Origin: Infirmifilum sp. | GTDB taxonomy: Archaea; Thermoproteota; Thermoprotei; Thermofilales; Thermofilaceae | Length of the DNA: 16,747 nt | Assembly: GCA_041287245.1 (NCBI GenBank) | Contig: JBEULP010000023.1 | Coordinates: 1-16,747 of the forward strand | Direction of reading: 5' to 3' | Part shown: positions 15,853 to 16,747 of the stretch, piece by piece | How the letters are laid out: the number at the start of each line of letters is the position of its first letter | Numbering within the stretch: position 1 is the stretch's first letter | Notes under the pieces: generated by a model | Told to the model about the DNA's origin: nothing | The model's database searches: none | Seen by the model: the letters and a program-made list of their open reading frames with translations, nothing else | Program-made: the position numbers and the translations under genes

Positions 15853-15908
15853 GTGTGATGCACGTCTAAGTAAGCTCTGAGCCTGATTGCTTAATGCCGA
15901 GTGAACAC
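15853..15908 (+). ncRNA. Candidate box C/D sRNA with variant boxes
   Basis: Terminal stem GTGT...ACAC, box C GTGATGC (15855-15861), D' CTGA (15877-15880), C' TGATT (15884-15888), D GTGA (15901-15904). Guides are 12-15 nt. TATTTAA (15825-15831) is correctly spaced upstream. Confidence 0.5.
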
Positions 15909-15954
15909 GCGCCCGTACAGAGGATTAGTTCGTCCAACCATTCTCTCACGCAAT

Positions 15955-16139
15955 AGCAATACGTGTAATAGCAGCGTGGGAGGAGTTGAAAACTTGTATT
16001 TGGACTAATATATGCAGGGTTTACCCTGCTGGAAGCCTCGCGATTTATAGCTATGAATGAGTGAAAAAGGCTGTTAGTCTTGGTCTTGTCAGATACGTTA
16101 AAAGAGGCTAGGTGCATATCCCTCCGAGCTAAACCGTGA
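15955..16139 (+). pseudogene. Possible decayed PIN/VapC C-terminal fragment
   Basis: Frame from 15990: KLVFGLIYAGFTLLEASRFIAMNE*KRLLVLVLSDTLKEARCISL. This loosely follows the VapC pattern 'GLTxYDASYIAxA...LVTxDxxL...A'. 'IRVIAAWEEL' precedes it in another frame. Confidence 0.25.
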
Positions 16140-16199
16140 TTTGGGACGGGCTCCTTATAGAAGACAATAATAGGTTATGTTTGGGGAGATTAATGGCGG

Positions 16200-16589
16200 T
16201 TGATCCTGGCTGTTTCTTTAGCTGCGAAGTTTTTGGAGGAGCTCGAGGCTGACTCCAGGCTTAGGAAGAGGCTTACAGAGCTTTTAGTATCTGAGCCTGA
16301 TGTGAGGCTTACACTAATCAAAGCTGTTTTAGCAGAAGTTGTCACAAAGCAGGACATAAGAGAGCTTAGGAGCGAAATAGCCCAGCTGAAAGGCGAGATA
16401 AGCAACGAAATAAACGGGCTCAGAAGCGAGATATCCCAGCTAAGAACAGAGATAGGCGAGATCAGAAAAGATGTATTTTTGCTTAGGGGCGAGATGGGGA
16501 GCTACTTGAAATGGACAATTGGGATAATAATCACAGTATGGGGGGCAACTGTAATACCAATACTACTTAAGCTAATAGGGGCAATATAA
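16200..16589 (+). CDS. Coiled-coil protein with C-terminal membrane anchor (DUF1640/CCDC90-like or paREP-type)
   Basis: 'EVVTKQDIRELRSEI', heptads LRSEIAQ/LKGEISN/LRSEISQ/LRTEIGE, and C-terminal TM 'LKWTIGIIITVWGATVIPILLKLIG'. A T-tract follows the stop. The exact start is uncertain. Confidence 0.75.
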   Translation: MILAVSLAAKFLEELEADSRLRKRLTELLVSEPDVRLTLIKAVLAEVVTKQDIRELRSEIAQLKGEISNEINGLRSEISQLRTEIGEIRKDVFLLRGEMGSYLKWTIGIIITVWGATVIPILLKLIGAI

Positions 16590-16590
16590 C

Positions 16591-16599
16591 ATATTTTTT
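16591..16599 (+). terminator. Archaeal oligo-T terminator
   Basis: ATATTTTTT directly after the stop codon at 16589. Confidence 0.45.
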
Positions 16600-16747
16600 G
16601 AGAGAAATAGACGCCCCTACCTCGCATCAAAATGCCTTGCATCCAACTTTTACATCCGTCATGAAATGCCAGTCTACTCTTGACGACCCGACAAGTCTCG
16701 TGTTGTTCTCGTCGACAGAGGTTAGAGGTAGTTTAGCCTCCTTCTGT

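Noticed and set aside
15866..16117. 83-aa minus-strand ORF
   Set aside because: No recognisable domain, atypical composition, and it overlaps the sRNA candidate.
16627..16747. Open minus-strand frame at the window edge (QKEAKLPLTSVDENN...KAF*)
   Set aside because: Too short and truncated to support a CDS call.
1..16747. CRISPR array, rRNA, tRNA or integrase/att site
   Set aside because: No regularly spaced direct repeats or recognisable stable-RNA or integrase signatures were seen by eye.

Overview
Archaeal chromosomal DNA, most likely a hyperthermophilic Thermoproteota member (Thermofilum-like). This is inferred from TIP49/Hjc/Lhr/DUF131 gene content, leaderless TATA-driven genes and GTG starts. 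From left to right: a broken HEPN gene with an intact MNT partner; a ~320-bp IS200/IS605 (tnpB-type) remnant that keeps both ends and the omega-RNA-like region but has no tnpB ORF; an Hrq1/MrfA-like DUF1998 helicase; a probable operon of MBL-fold protein, site-2 protease and membrane protein; TIP49/RuvBL downstream of an Hjc-like nuclease; an intergenic region with a box C/D sRNA and a second structured RNA candidate; Lhr helicase; a YkgJ cysteine-cluster protein; two DUF131 paralogs; an HTH-CBS regulator; acs; glnA; another C/D-like sRNA candidate; a possible decayed PIN fragment; and a coiled-coil membrane-anchored protein. The most interesting items are the orphan omega-RNA-like element, the cluster of DNA-repair motors (two with DDAH Walker B motifs), the unannotated sRNAs and several operator-like palindromes. 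No database searches were run: family calls come from motif recognition.
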